From Candidatus Bipolaricaulota bacterium (GTDB lineage: Bacteria; Bipolaricaulota; Bipolaricaulia; UBA7950; UBA9294), in assembly GCA_040752575.1 (NCBI GenBank), contig JBFMGK010000067.1, positions 1,931 to 65,930 on the forward strand: a stretch of 64,000 nt of DNA, in the 5' to 3' direction. The notes below the pieces were generated by a model. That model had not been told where the DNA came from. It did not search any database and saw only the letters and a program-made list of their open reading frames with translations. Position numbers and translations under genes: made by a program. Shown here piece after piece: positions 17,652 to 29,575 of this stretch. How positions within the stretch are numbered: the first letter of the stretch is position 1; each line of letters opens with the position of its first letter.

Positions 17652-19829
17652 TTACGGACGTTCGTCAATGAGCCGCTGCCACTGGTCCGCCGGGTAGGGA
17701 TAGTCCGCAAACCGCTTAAGGACGATGACCTTCTCGGTCGGGAAAGCCTGTTCAAGGTAGAACTTCCCGCTCGCGACCCAGAAGTGCCCCATGTCCGCGT
17801 ACCAGTTGTCGAGCAACGTCCAGCGGTTCACGGCTTCGGACAGCGACAGGTAGTCCGCCATCGTCGGCTCGTATGGCCGGTAGCCCGTGCTCAGGCAGTC
17901 CAACAGCTGATCGTGCAGGATCTCCAGCGAAGGGCCGGCGATGTAGTTCGCCCACTCCACGCCAAGCGCCTGCGCCTTGTCGCTCGAGAACGCGAGCAGC
18001 TTCTTCTCCTCGGCGAGGATTCCGAGGGTCACCGTGTGCCAGAAGCCGGGGCCCTGGCTGTAATACGGGAACCAATCGGAAACGCCATTCTCGGCATCGA
18101 GCGTGACCAGATCCGAGTAGGTCTCGATGATCAGCGGATCCCTCGACACGATCTTGACGCCGCGGAAGGCGCTCATGAACGACTCGAACGCGCCGACCTG
18201 GGCCTCGTCGTAGATCTTGCTCTCGGGTTTCGCTTGGTCGAAGCTCATGATGATCCCAAGCACGAAGTCGGCGATCGAGATCTTCGACCCGTCGTGAAGC
18301 GGCGTGTCGTAGAGACTCGACGGATAGTAGACAACCGACTTACGCTTCGCCGTCACGCCGTCAGGGTACTTCTCGGCGACGGTGATGAACTTCTGCGCCG
18401 CCGCGTCCCAGTCTGCCCATGCATCGCTCGGAACCTGGATGACGTCCTGGAACTTCAGCGTGCACCACGACGCCCCATCCGAGACCCCGACAGGGAGCCC
18501 GGTCTGGATCGTGATCTCGGCGCGATCGAAGTGCAGCGGCCAGATCAGACCCGTGTTCACATCCATGACGTACCCGGTCTCACCGGTCCCGCGGATCGGG
18601 AGCATGTCGTACGTCCAGTTCGAGCCGGCCACCGGGTTCCACGGCTCGACGAGCAACGTCGATGTGGCCATGTCCAGCGACCCGCCGACCTGCGGATTCC
18701 CGTCCGCCCCCTCGAAGTAGATGGCCTGGGCCCACGACTGCGAGCCGTACACGCCCCCCGCGAGGTCCGCCGCCGCCTGGACGCCCTTCCGGAATGGCGT
18801 GAAGCCGGTCCGGTCGACGAGCCAGATCATGTTCGCGAACTGGTTGCAGCCCCAGAGGGCTTCCTCGAACAGGTCCGCGCGCTCGTCCATCGTCGCATAG
18901 TCGCGGTTGTAGAGCTTGTCCAACGTGACCCAAAGCCCCGGAGAGACGGCATCGGCCATCTCCTCGGTGAGGTACTGGAACAGAGGCCACGGCAGGATGC
19001 GGTTCGTGTGGAACTGGTTGAAGCCCGTTCCCTGATCGCGCGAGATGGCCGTGGTCACCCATCCGCCCGTGTAGAAGTGCCATTGGCCATCCGTCGGGTC
19101 GGAGCTAATCCAGATCGGCGACGCCTCGCGGCTGATCCGGTACAAGCGCTGCGTCGTGAATCCGACTTCCTCGAGCAAGCCGCAGACGTAGTCGCCGATC
19201 AACCGGCGCTCGTCCTCGGTTCGAATCACGGCGATGATCTCGACGTTCTGCCCGTTGTACTGCCACTTCCCGCCGACAAGCGTCGCGCCGAGGTCGGTCA
19301 TGACGGTCGTCATCGCGGCTTCGGCCTTGTCGGGGTCGTTTGCGTAGTAGTCCGCGATCTCGTCCATGACCTCGCGATACCGCACTGCGTCGGCGAACGC
19401 CGAGTTCAGGTACGAATACTTCGGGACGGCCATGCCACCCATGATCTCGTTCGCGATGTACTCGCGATCGATGAGCCAGTGCACGGCCTCACGGAACGCG
19501 GGAACGGCAAACGGGTTCAGCCGTCCGTCGTTGAAGACGGGTCCCGCGGGGTTGAACGTGAGGTCGTTGAACGAGCCGTACGACATCACGTAGTCGAGGT
19601 TCGCGCTCGCCTGGACCTGGCCGAACAACGCCCGGTCGCCGATAGAAAACGCGTAGAGGTCGATGTCTCCTGCCTCAAGCTTCAGAATCGCTGCGCCGGT
19701 GCTGGGTTCCTCGGTGAACGTCACCTGGTCCAGCCACGCGCCGTTGTGCGCCGCAACGCTGGCCCCCACGGCCAGGATTCCGATGAGGAGGAGGCCGATC
19801 CACTTTGGCCAGCTTCCCTTCTGCATCAT
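17652..19829 (-). CDS. ABC transporter substrate-binding protein, family 5, N-terminally anchored
   Basis: 725 aa. N-terminal signal/anchor MMQKGSWPKWIGLLLIGILAVGASVAA. GCAGGAGGTG RBS 8 nt upstream. SBP_bac_5-like core. Confidence 0.85.
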   Translation of the reverse strand: MMQKGSWPKWIGLLLIGILAVGASVAAHNGAWLDQVTFTEEPSTGAAILKLEAGDIDLYAFSIGDRALFGQVQASANLDYVMSYGSFNDLTFNPAGPVFNDGRLNPFAVPAFREAVHWLIDREYIANEIMGGMAVPKYSYLNSAFADAVRYREVMDEIADYYANDPDKAEAAMTTVMTDLGATLVGGKWQYNGQNVEIIAVIRTEDERRLIGDYVCGLLEEVGFTTQRLYRISREASPIWISSDPTDGQWHFYTGGWVTTAISRDQGTGFNQFHTNRILPWPLFQYLTEEMADAVSPGLWVTLDKLYNRDYATMDERADLFEEALWGCNQFANMIWLVDRTGFTPFRKGVQAAADLAGGVYGSQSWAQAIYFEGADGNPQVGGSLDMATSTLLVEPWNPVAGSNWTYDMLPIRGTGETGYVMDVNTGLIWPLHFDRAEITIQTGLPVGVSDGASWCTLKFQDVIQVPSDAWADWDAAAQKFITVAEKYPDGVTAKRKSVVYYPSSLYDTPLHDGSKISIADFVLGIIMSFDQAKPESKIYDEAQVGAFESFMSAFRGVKIVSRDPLIIETYSDLVTLDAENGVSDWFPYYSQGPGFWHTVTLGILAEEKKLLAFSSDKAQALGVEWANYIAGPSLEILHDQLLDCLSTGYRPYEPTMADYLSLSEAVNRWTLLDNWYADMGHFWVASGKFYLEQAFPTEKVIVLKRFADYPYPADQWQRLIDERP

Positions 19830-19962
19830 CTACAAAGCACCTCCTGCAAACCTACGGAGCTTCCGCAGTCTAGCAGTCCCGCCCGAGTTCGACGCTCCCT
19901 CTGTCGGTATCCGACAGAGAAGAGGACGATGGCTCTTTGGACGCCGACCTTCGTCCTTGCAG

Positions 19963-20010
19963 CCTAGTGGAGAGTCGATCGATTATAGCCGTCGCCTACA
20001 AGGGTGACAA
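19963..20010 (-). promoter_or_regulatory. conserved promoter/leader element of Opp operon 1 (TTGTCA-N17-TATAAT plus CTCTCCACTAGG box)
   Basis: Plus-strand CCTAGTGGAGAGTCGATCGATTATA...TGACAA. On the minus strand this gives TTGTCA-N17-TATAAT followed by CGATCGACTCTCCACTAGG, ~135 nt upstream of the SBP start. Confidence 0.6.
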
Positions 20011-20175
20011 GACCCGGGAGCGCCAAATCCCCGTTCAGCTCTGCAGACCGTCACACCCCATGCAGCGTCTTCCAGAGCCTCGGCGCGAGGCCGTCTCGGC
20101 GCGTAGGCTTGGCGGCGAGAAGGGGCGTAGCTATACTCGTTCCCACGGGACGTTTCGCAGCGGGAGCACGGACCC

Positions 20176-20436
20176 ATGGAGAACCTCAAGGTCGCCTCGG
20201 GGAGCAATCCTAACTCGGTATCGGGAGCCATCGTCGCATCGCTCGAGCAGTGTGACGTGGTCCAGATTCACGCCGTGGGGGCAGGAGCCGTCAATCAGGC
20301 TGTGAAGGCCATCGCCATTGCGCGCCGCGCGCTAGAGCGTCCGGGCGATCGCCCGTTGCGCGTCGTACCGGGGTTCGTCGACCTTTCGATCGACGGAGAA
20401 ACGAAGACCGCCGTGCGGCTGTTCGTCGAGCGGTAG
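20176..20436 (+). CDS. spoVS: stage V sporulation protein S homolog (SpoVS family)
   Basis: 86 aa. MENLKVASGSNPNSVSGAIV...IHAVGAGAVNQAVKAIAIAR...DGETKTAVRLFVE aligns along the full length with the SpoVS family (KVSxxSxPNSVAGA, IGAGAxNQAVKAxAIAR). Confidence 0.85.
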   Translation: MENLKVASGSNPNSVSGAIVASLEQCDVVQIHAVGAGAVNQAVKAIAIARRALERPGDRPLRVVPGFVDLSIDGETKTAVRLFVER

Positions 20437-20452
20437 GCCGCGATCGCGTATC

Positions 20453-22126
20453 ATGCCCGCCATGGCCGCCCCACGGGACACCTATCTGGAAGGTCTTGTG
20501 CGCGATGCGCTGTTGGACGCCTATCGTGGGCTTCGCGGCGTCGAGCCGACCGTCTACTCCGATGTCCGCCCGAGCGAACGACCGGAGTTCGGCGACTACG
20601 CCACGAATCTCGCGATGCTCGCCGCCAAGCACGAGGGCCTGGCGCCTCGCCCGCTTGCCGAGGCGTTGACGGCAGAGCTGGCCGAGCGAGCGAGCGAGTC
20701 GGGACTTCGCGCCGAGGTCGCCGGCCCGGGGTTCATCAACGTGTTTCTCTCCTCGCACCACCTGCATAACGCCCTCCGGGGAATGCTCGGTGCGGGTCCG
20801 AGCTACGGAGCCTCCGCCCTGGGAGGGGGCCGCCGCGTTCAGGTGGAGTTCGTCAGCTCGAACCCGACGGGCCCGCTCACCGTCGGCCACGGACGCCAGG
20901 CCGTCCTAGGCGACGTGCTGGCCTCGCTCTACGGCGAACTGGGCTACGACGTCGAGCGCGAGTACTACTTCAACGACGAGGGGCGGCAGGTCGATCTGCT
21001 CGCCGAGTCGCTCTGGATTCGCTACCGCGAGCTGTTCGGCGAGGCGCGCGAGATCCCCGAGGGCGGCTACCAAGGCGAGTACCTCAAGGATCTGGCGGCC
21101 GCCGTCCGCGACGCCCTCGGCGACGGATTCGAGACGTTCGACGAGAAGGCGCGCAAGGCCTTCCGTGATGAGGTCGTGGCCCGGATCAGCGAAGGCATTC
21201 GTAGGGATCTTCACGCGCTGGGCATTGCGTTCGATCGCTTCTTTAGCGAGGCGACGCTCCACCGCGAAGGCAAGGTCGACGCGGCGCTCGGCCTTCTGCG
21301 GACCCGCGGGGCGGTGTACGAGCGCGACGGCGCCGTGTGGCTGCGCGCCGAGCACGTCCGAGGCGGGAAGGACTCGGTGCTTGTCCGCAGCGATGGCCGG
21401 CCGACATACCTGCTCGTCGACATCGCCTACCACCTCGACAAGCGGGAACGCGGACTCGACCTCGTCATCGACGTGCAGGGCGCCGATCACGTGACAGAGC
21501 AGGCCTGCATGAAGGCCGCCGCGGGAGCCCTGGGGTTCCCCGAGGGGTTTCTGAACTACGCTGTGCACCAGTTTGTGAGCTTGAAGCGAGGCGGCGTCGT
21601 CCAGAGGATGTCGACGCGTGCGGGGCGTTTCGTGACCCTGCGGGATCTCTTGGACGAAGTCGGACCGGACATGGTTCGCTACTTCATGATCTCGAAGAAG
21701 CCCGAGGCGCATCTGGACTTCGACCTCGACCTCGCCAAGAGCCAGTCGCTCGACAACCCGGCAACGACGATCCAGTACGCCCACACTCGACTCGCCTCGC
21801 TGTTCCGCAAAGCCGGACGACTCGCCGACGAGCTGGATGCGGCCGACCTCGCGCCGCTGACCTCGGCCGACGACGTCGCGCTGATCAAGGCGCTGGATCG
21901 CTTTCCCAAGATCGTGTGGACGGCTGCCGAGGCCTTCGGACCCCATCTCCTTGCGGAGTACGCGCTGGACCTCGCTCGGACCTCTCACGGGTACTACGAC
22001 CGAAACCGCGTGCTCGGCGAGCCCGAAGCGGTGGGCCGTGCCCGGCTCGCCCTGCTTCGGGTAACTCGCGGAGTCCTCCACAAGTCGCTTGGGCTCCTCG
22101 GGATGGTCGCCCCGGAGGAGATGTAA
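20453..22126 (+). CDS. argS: arginine--tRNA ligase
   Basis: 557 aa. Class I motif SSNPTGPLTVGHGR, MSTR (KMSKS-like) motif and C-terminal DALR-type anticodon-binding domain. Confidence 0.9.
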   Translation: MPAMAAPRDTYLEGLVRDALLDAYRGLRGVEPTVYSDVRPSERPEFGDYATNLAMLAAKHEGLAPRPLAEALTAELAERASESGLRAEVAGPGFINVFLSSHHLHNALRGMLGAGPSYGASALGGGRRVQVEFVSSNPTGPLTVGHGRQAVLGDVLASLYGELGYDVEREYYFNDEGRQVDLLAESLWIRYRELFGEAREIPEGGYQGEYLKDLAAAVRDALGDGFETFDEKARKAFRDEVVARISEGIRRDLHALGIAFDRFFSEATLHREGKVDAALGLLRTRGAVYERDGAVWLRAEHVRGGKDSVLVRSDGRPTYLLVDIAYHLDKRERGLDLVIDVQGADHVTEQACMKAAAGALGFPEGFLNYAVHQFVSLKRGGVVQRMSTRAGRFVTLRDLLDEVGPDMVRYFMISKKPEAHLDFDLDLAKSQSLDNPATTIQYAHTRLASLFRKAGRLADELDAADLAPLTSADDVALIKALDRFPKIVWTAAEAFGPHLLAEYALDLARTSHGYYDRNRVLGEPEAVGRARLALLRVTRGVLHKSLGLLGMVAPEEM

Positions 22127-23043
22127 TGGCCTGGTTGGAGCGGCTGCGCAGCGGCCTGAAGAAAACCCGCGCCGGTCTCGCCGACTCGCTCGCTCAGGTT
22201 TTTTCGGGACGCACATCGCTTGAGGCGGCCGACCTCGAGGCCCTGGAAGACGCTCTCGTTTCCGCCGACGTCGGCGTGCAGCTCGCCGGAGCCCTCGTCT
22301 CCGATCTCGCGGCCGCGATGCGGCGCGACCCTCGAGACCCGAGGGCGATCCTCCGCGACCTCATGGCGGGGCGACTGCAGGGAGCCGAGGGGGTTCTCCC
22401 GCTGCGCGAGGACGGTACGCCGACGGTTATCCTGGTCGCGGGAGTCAACGGAGCAGGCAAGACGACGACGATCGCCAAGATGGCCGCGCACCTGCGCGCG
22501 GCGCGCCCTGACCTGCCAATCACCTTTGCCGCCGCAGACACGTTCCGCGCCGCGGCCGCAGAGCAGCTTGCCGTCTGGGCGGATCGCATCGGCGCTCACC
22601 TCGTTCGTCAACAGAGCGGAGCGGATCCCGCCGCGGTCGTCTACGACGCGCTCGATCACGCGCTCCGTACCGGCGGGGTCTTGTTTGTCGACACGGCAGG
22701 CCGGTTGCAGACCAAGCACAACCTCATGGAGGAGCTACGCAAGATCGAGCGCACAGTCCTGCGAAAGCTCGCGCGGGAAGCCGACGAACGCCTCCTTGTG
22801 CTCGACGCGACCACGGGGCAGAATGCCATCGTCCAGGCGGAGCGGTTCCACGAAGCCATCCGGCTGACCGGGCTTGTTCTGACGAAGCTCGATTCCACGG
22901 CCAAGGGCGGCGTCGTGCTCGCGATTCGCGAAACCCTCGCTCTTCCGATTTTGTTCGTCGGCGTCGGGGAGGCGGCGGACGACCTGCAACCGTTCTCGGC
23001 CCGGGAGTTCGTCGAGGCCTTGTTCCCCGACGACGGTGCCTAA
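22126..23043 (+). CDS. ftsY: signal recognition particle receptor FtsY (short form)
   Basis: The ATG at 22126 overlaps the argS TAA (TAATG). GTPase motifs [19 protein letters not shown]. The longer ORF-track extension overlaps argS and is rejected. Confidence 0.9.
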   Translation: MAWLERLRSGLKKTRAGLADSLAQVFSGRTSLEAADLEALEDALVSADVGVQLAGALVSDLAAAMRRDPRDPRAILRDLMAGRLQGAEGVLPLREDGTPTVILVAGVNGAGKTTTIAKMAAHLRAARPDLPITFAAADTFRAAAAEQLAVWADRIGAHLVRQQSGADPAAVVYDALDHALRTGGVLFVDTAGRLQTKHNLMEELRKIERTVLRKLAREADERLLVLDATTGQNAIVQAERFHEAIRLTGLVLTKLDSTAKGGVVLAIRETLALPILFVGVGEAADDLQPFSAREFVEALFPDDGA

Positions 23044-23081
23044 GGAGCTTCACGATTCCAGACCATGGAAAGGTGCGTGGG

Positions 23082-25733
<2,652 letters not shown>

Positions 25734-25760
25734 CCGCCTTCCACGCCATTCGGGGCGTCC

Positions 25761-25790
25761 GGGACGGACATCGAGTCCTCTGTCCGTCCC
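25761..25790. terminator. bidirectional hairpin between convergent ppdK and acyl-CoA ligase genes
   Basis: Perfect 10-bp stem GGGACGGACA / TGTCCGTCCC with a 10-nt loop. No T-tract, as is common in high-GC genomes. Confidence 0.5.
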
Positions 25791-25810
25791 AGGACACCTC
25801 GGCGTGATCG

Positions 25811-27412
25811 CTAGACCTCCTCGTATCTCTGCCGAATGGCCTTGCGGTCGATCTTCCCGGTCTCGGACCGCGGAACGCTGTCGACGATCACGACGCGACG
25901 CGGCTTCTTGTACGACGCCAGATGCGCCGCGGCGTACTCCGAGATCTCGTCTTCGGTCAGCGTGCAGCCGGGCTTGGGGACAACGACCGCCTTGGGCGTC
26001 TGCCCCCACTGGGCGTGTCGGCCGCGCACCACCACGACATCGGCGACCTTCGGATGGCCAAAGATCGCTTTCTCGACCTCAGCAGGGTAGATGTTCTCGC
26101 CGCCGCTGATGATCATGTCGTCGGTCCGGCCGAGGACGTAGAAGTAGCCTTCCGCGTCTCTCTTGCCGAGGTCTCCCGTGAAGATCCAGTCGCCGCGGAA
26201 CTTCTTCGCCTCGTCAGCGGGGCGGTTCCAGTAGCCCGCCGCTCCCGTAGGTTCGCGTCGGATGATGATCTCTCCGAGTTCATCGGCGGCGGTGTCCCGT
26301 CCCTCCTCGTCGACGACCCTCACCTCAACGAACGCCGGCGGCTTCCCCATGCATTCGCTCGCCTTGCTCAGGGTCGGATCGTCGGGCGACGAGGCCGGCC
26401 AGTTGAAGCCCGTGGCTCCCGTCTCGGTGAGACCGTATCCGCTGACGTACGTGATTCCCTGACGGATGAACGCGTGTTTCAGTTCGGCCGGCTGTGGCTC
26501 GCCGCCGCCGTTCACCGCGCGAAGAGATCCTACGTACGTCTCCCACCCCTCGACCTGAAGCATCATTTTGAGTTGCGTGGCGATTCCGAAGTGGTACGTC
26601 ACGCCGTGTCGCCGGATGAGCTCGAGCGCCTCCTTCGCACCCCAGCGCGTCTGGACGACAATCGTCCCGCCGATCATCAGCATGTAGAGCTGGAAGCACG
26701 TGAGTCCACCGGCATGGAACATCGGAGGCGCCCCGAGGTACACGTCATCCCGGGTCAGCGCTGCGGAGAGCCCGTTCGAAAGACACGCGAAGAACGTGCT
26801 CCGATAGGTGAGCGTGACGCCCTTTGGACGCCCCGTCGTGCCGGCGGTAAACAGGATCATGCACGTCTCGTCGGGCGACGTCTCTGCGCCGGGCTCGGCA
26901 TCGCTCGCCCGCGCGAGGAGGTCTTCGTATCCCTCCGCCGCGTCGATACCCCTCCCTCCGACTTCGACCAGTCCTACGTCCGGGTGCGCGGCCGAGACCT
27001 CACGAATCTTGTCGCCGAACTCGCTGTCGAACACCAAGACCTTTGCGCCCATGTCTCCCACGAGGAACGAGATCTCCTCGCCGGCGAAGCGAAAGTTCGC
27101 CGGGGTGAAGACGGCCCCGAGCTTGAGGCATCCAAAGAGCACTTCGAGCGTCTCGACTCGATTGGGGAGCAGCACGAAGACCCGATCGCCCTTCCGTACG
27201 CCGCGGAGCGCGAGCGCATTCGCACACCGGGCCGCGCGGGCATTCAGCGTTCGATAGGTCACGCGGCCGTCTCCACGCCCACTCGCATCGAGGATCGCCA
27301 CGCGATCGGGGAAGCCCGAGGTGGAGGCGTTCCGGCAGAGCAGTTGCCCCAGGTTGTAGGCCGAACCGGCCGTTGGATAGGCCGAGTTCCGTACCTCGTT
27401 GTGATCCATCAC
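25811..27412 (-). CDS. AMP-dependent acyl-CoA synthetase/ligase
   Basis: 533 aa. AMP-binding motif FTAGTTGRPKG, a second motif GYGLTETG and a C-terminal PKxxxGK-type lysine region. Confidence 0.85.
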   Translation of the reverse strand: MMDHNEVRNSAYPTAGSAYNLGQLLCRNASTSGFPDRVAILDASGRGDGRVTYRTLNARAARCANALALRGVRKGDRVFVLLPNRVETLEVLFGCLKLGAVFTPANFRFAGEEISFLVGDMGAKVLVFDSEFGDKIREVSAAHPDVGLVEVGGRGIDAAEGYEDLLARASDAEPGAETSPDETCMILFTAGTTGRPKGVTLTYRSTFFACLSNGLSAALTRDDVYLGAPPMFHAGGLTCFQLYMLMIGGTIVVQTRWGAKEALELIRRHGVTYHFGIATQLKMMLQVEGWETYVGSLRAVNGGGEPQPAELKHAFIRQGITYVSGYGLTETGATGFNWPASSPDDPTLSKASECMGKPPAFVEVRVVDEEGRDTAADELGEIIIRREPTGAAGYWNRPADEAKKFRGDWIFTGDLGKRDAEGYFYVLGRTDDMIISGGENIYPAEVEKAIFGHPKVADVVVVRGRHAQWGQTPKAVVVPKPGCTLTEDEISEYAAAHLASYKKPRRVVIVDSVPRSETGKIDRKAIRQRYEEV

Positions 27413-28041
27413 GCTTCTCCTTTCGACTCTGCCTCCTCGAACCCCGGCTCCTCAAGTGTCTTTCGCAGCAGCCAAGCCACGTTCTCGGCGAACTGCTCCG
27501 CGGTTCGCATCCCCTCGGTGTCCTTCTCTGCGTCGCCGACCGATCGCGCAACGCCGATCGGCCAGTAGATGGATCCGGGAACGACGAAGCCGTTGATGTT
27601 GAACCACAGCAGGAGCTGTGCGAGGGCCATGTTCTGGCCCGCGCGGCGAGCTACCGTGATCGGCCCGCCGATCTTGCGGGCAAACGGCCGCGGCGGGCTG
27701 TTCGGGTGGCCGGCCATCCCGGGGAACCCAGCGCGCACGAGAACCGACCAAAGGTCAGCGTGCACGGCGCTGTAGTGCACGGGCGAACCGACGATGAGGG
27801 CGTCGGCTGCGAGCATCTTGTCGCGGATCTCGGGGAAGTCGTCGTCCTGGATCTGGCAGACTCCGGCTCCCGGCCTCCAGCACGCGTAGCATGCGCGGCA
27901 GCTCTGGATCCGCTTGCCACGGAGGAGCACAAGTTCCGTAGCCACGCCATGATCGGCGAGGACGCCCAGTGCCGCCTTCAGATAGGCCTCGGTGTTGCTC
28001 CCCGCCCGCGGGCTTCCGCAGATTGCCAGAGCTTTGGCCAC
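27409..28041 (-). CDS. flavodoxin-like NADPH-dependent FMN reductase / iron-sulfur flavoprotein
   Basis: 210 aa. LAICGSPRAGSNT flavin-binding loop plus a compact Cys cluster CRACYACW...C. ATGA overlap with the downstream ligase gene. Confidence 0.75.
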   Translation of the reverse strand: MAKALAICGSPRAGSNTEAYLKAALGVLADHGVATELVLLRGKRIQSCRACYACWRPGAGVCQIQDDDFPEIRDKMLAADALIVGSPVHYSAVHADLWSVLVRAGFPGMAGHPNSPPRPFARKIGGPITVARRAGQNMALAQLLLWFNINGFVVPGSIYWPIGVARSVGDAEKDTEGMRTAEQFAENVAWLLRKTLEEPGFEEAESKGEA

Positions 28042-28075
28042 CGCCGTCCCTCCCCCTTCGTCTGGGACTCCGGCC

Positions 28076-28777
28076 CTACAGGCCCAGGTAGGCGCGCCGG
28101 ACGTGGTCGTTGTTCATCAGGTCTTCGGACCGGCCCTCCAACGCGATCTCTCCATTCTCGATGACATAGCCTCGCGTCACCGCTCGCAGGCTCTGCCTCA
28201 CGTTCTGTTCCGCCATCATGATGGCGCTGCGTTCGCCGATCTCCCGAACCTTGTGGAAGAGCTCCGTCACAAGAGATGGCTGCAGCCCCAGTGATGGCTC
28301 ATCAAGGATCAGGAGCCGAGGCGACGGCATCATCGCGCGTGCGATGGCCAGCATTCTCTGCTCGCCGCCGCTCAACGTCCCAGCCAGCTGGCGCGCCCGG
28401 GACTTCAGGACGGGGAACATCTCATACGAAACTTCGAGCGCGTCCCGAATCCCCTTCCGCGCACGGGGAATGTAGGCGGCACCCGCCTCGAGGTTCGCGC
28501 GCACGGACATCAACGGGAATAGCTCTCGCTCCTGCGGAACGAGCGACACGCCCGTGCGAACGGCTTCGTGCGTGGGCAAACGCAGCAGCGATCGGCCCTC
28601 GAAGGTGATCGAGCCGCTGCGCGGCCGCACGAGCCCCACGATGGCGTGTACCAACGTTGACTTTCCCGCTCCGTTCGGACCGAAGACGCCGACCGACTCG
28701 GTCCCCACGTCCAGCGAGAGGTCGCGCAAGACGTGGGCTTTCCCGTAGTAGTGGTTCAGCTTCGAGACGGTCAGCAT
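28076..28777 (-). CDS. livF: branched-chain amino acid-type ABC transporter ATP-binding protein (LivF-like)
   Basis: Start at MLTVSKLNHYYG (ATG at 28777 overlapping the LivG stop). GPNGAGKST, LSGGEQRM, LDEPSLGL. The ORF-track N-terminal extension is rejected. Confidence 0.85.
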   Translation of the reverse strand: MLTVSKLNHYYGKAHVLRDLSLDVGTESVGVFGPNGAGKSTLVHAIVGLVRPRSGSITFEGRSLLRLPTHEAVRTGVSLVPQERELFPLMSVRANLEAGAAYIPRARKGIRDALEVSYEMFPVLKSRARQLAGTLSGGEQRMLAIARAMMPSPRLLILDEPSLGLQPSLVTELFHKVREIGERSAIMMAEQNVRQSLRAVTRGYVIENGEIALEGRSEDLMNNDHVRRAYLGL

Positions 28778-29493
28778 GTCTCCTCCTCGCCAAGATAGGC
28801 GACGATCACCCGGGGATCGGCCGAGACGTCGCAGTATGGACCTTGCGCGATGAGGGTCCCGCCGTCCAACACGATCACGCGGTCGGTGAGGTCGCGGATC
28901 ACGCTCATCACGTGCTCGACGACGCAAATCGAAACGCCCTGCTCGCGGACGATCCGCACCGATGCGAGCATGGCCTTCGTCTCGTCGCTGTTTAGCCCGG
29001 CCATGACCTCGTCGAGGAACAACACCTTGGGGCGCGTCGCCAGGGCCCGGCCAATCTCGAGCTTCTTGACCTCGAGCACGGTCAGGTCCGAGACCGGCCG
29101 GTTCATGGCACGCAGGTCGAGCAGCCGACCGATCTCGGCGGCCGTGCGGCGCGCGGCCCGCAGGCTCTGCCGCTGTCCGAACAGCGCACCGACCATGATG
29201 TTCTCCTGCGCGGTCAGGTCGGCCAGGGGGTGGACAAGCTGGAACGTTCGCGCGATCCCGCGTCGACATCGCTCGTGAGGCGGCGCGTACGTGATGTCCC
29301 GTTCGTCGAGAAGAATCCGACCCCCATTCGGCATGTACAGACCGCTGATGAGGTTGATCACCGTGGTCTTGCCCGCGCCGTTCGGCCCGATGATGCCAAG
29401 GATCTCCCGCTCCGTGAGTTCAAACGTCAAATCGTGCACGGCGACCAGGCCGCCGAAGTGTCTCTCCAAGGCCTCGGTTCTCAGGACCGACAT
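28771..29493 (-). CDS. livG: branched-chain amino acid-type ABC transporter ATP-binding protein (LivG-like)
   Basis: Start at MSVLRTEALERHFGG. GPNGAGKTT, MAGLNSDE, LDEVMAG. Confidence 0.85.
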   Translation of the reverse strand: MSVLRTEALERHFGGLVAVHDLTFELTEREILGIIGPNGAGKTTVINLISGLYMPNGGRILLDERDITYAPPHERCRRGIARTFQLVHPLADLTAQENIMVGALFGQRQSLRAARRTAAEIGRLLDLRAMNRPVSDLTVLEVKKLEIGRALATRPKVLFLDEVMAGLNSDETKAMLASVRIVREQGVSICVVEHVMSVIRDLTDRVIVLDGGTLIAQGPYCDVSADPRVIVAYLGEEETC

Positions 29494-29575
29494 CGCCGCC
29501 ACCCCCCACAATCCGTTTGCAGAGCTCGAGCACCTGCTGCCGTCCAGGCCTCGCCCGCTTCTCGTGCCGGCTGCG

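Noticed and set aside
21337-22125. N-terminal 263-aa extension of the ftsY ORF in the six-frame track
   Set aside because: It overlaps argS in another frame and has no FtsY-like sequence. The canonical ftsY start [11 protein letters not shown] sits at 22126, overlapping the argS stop.
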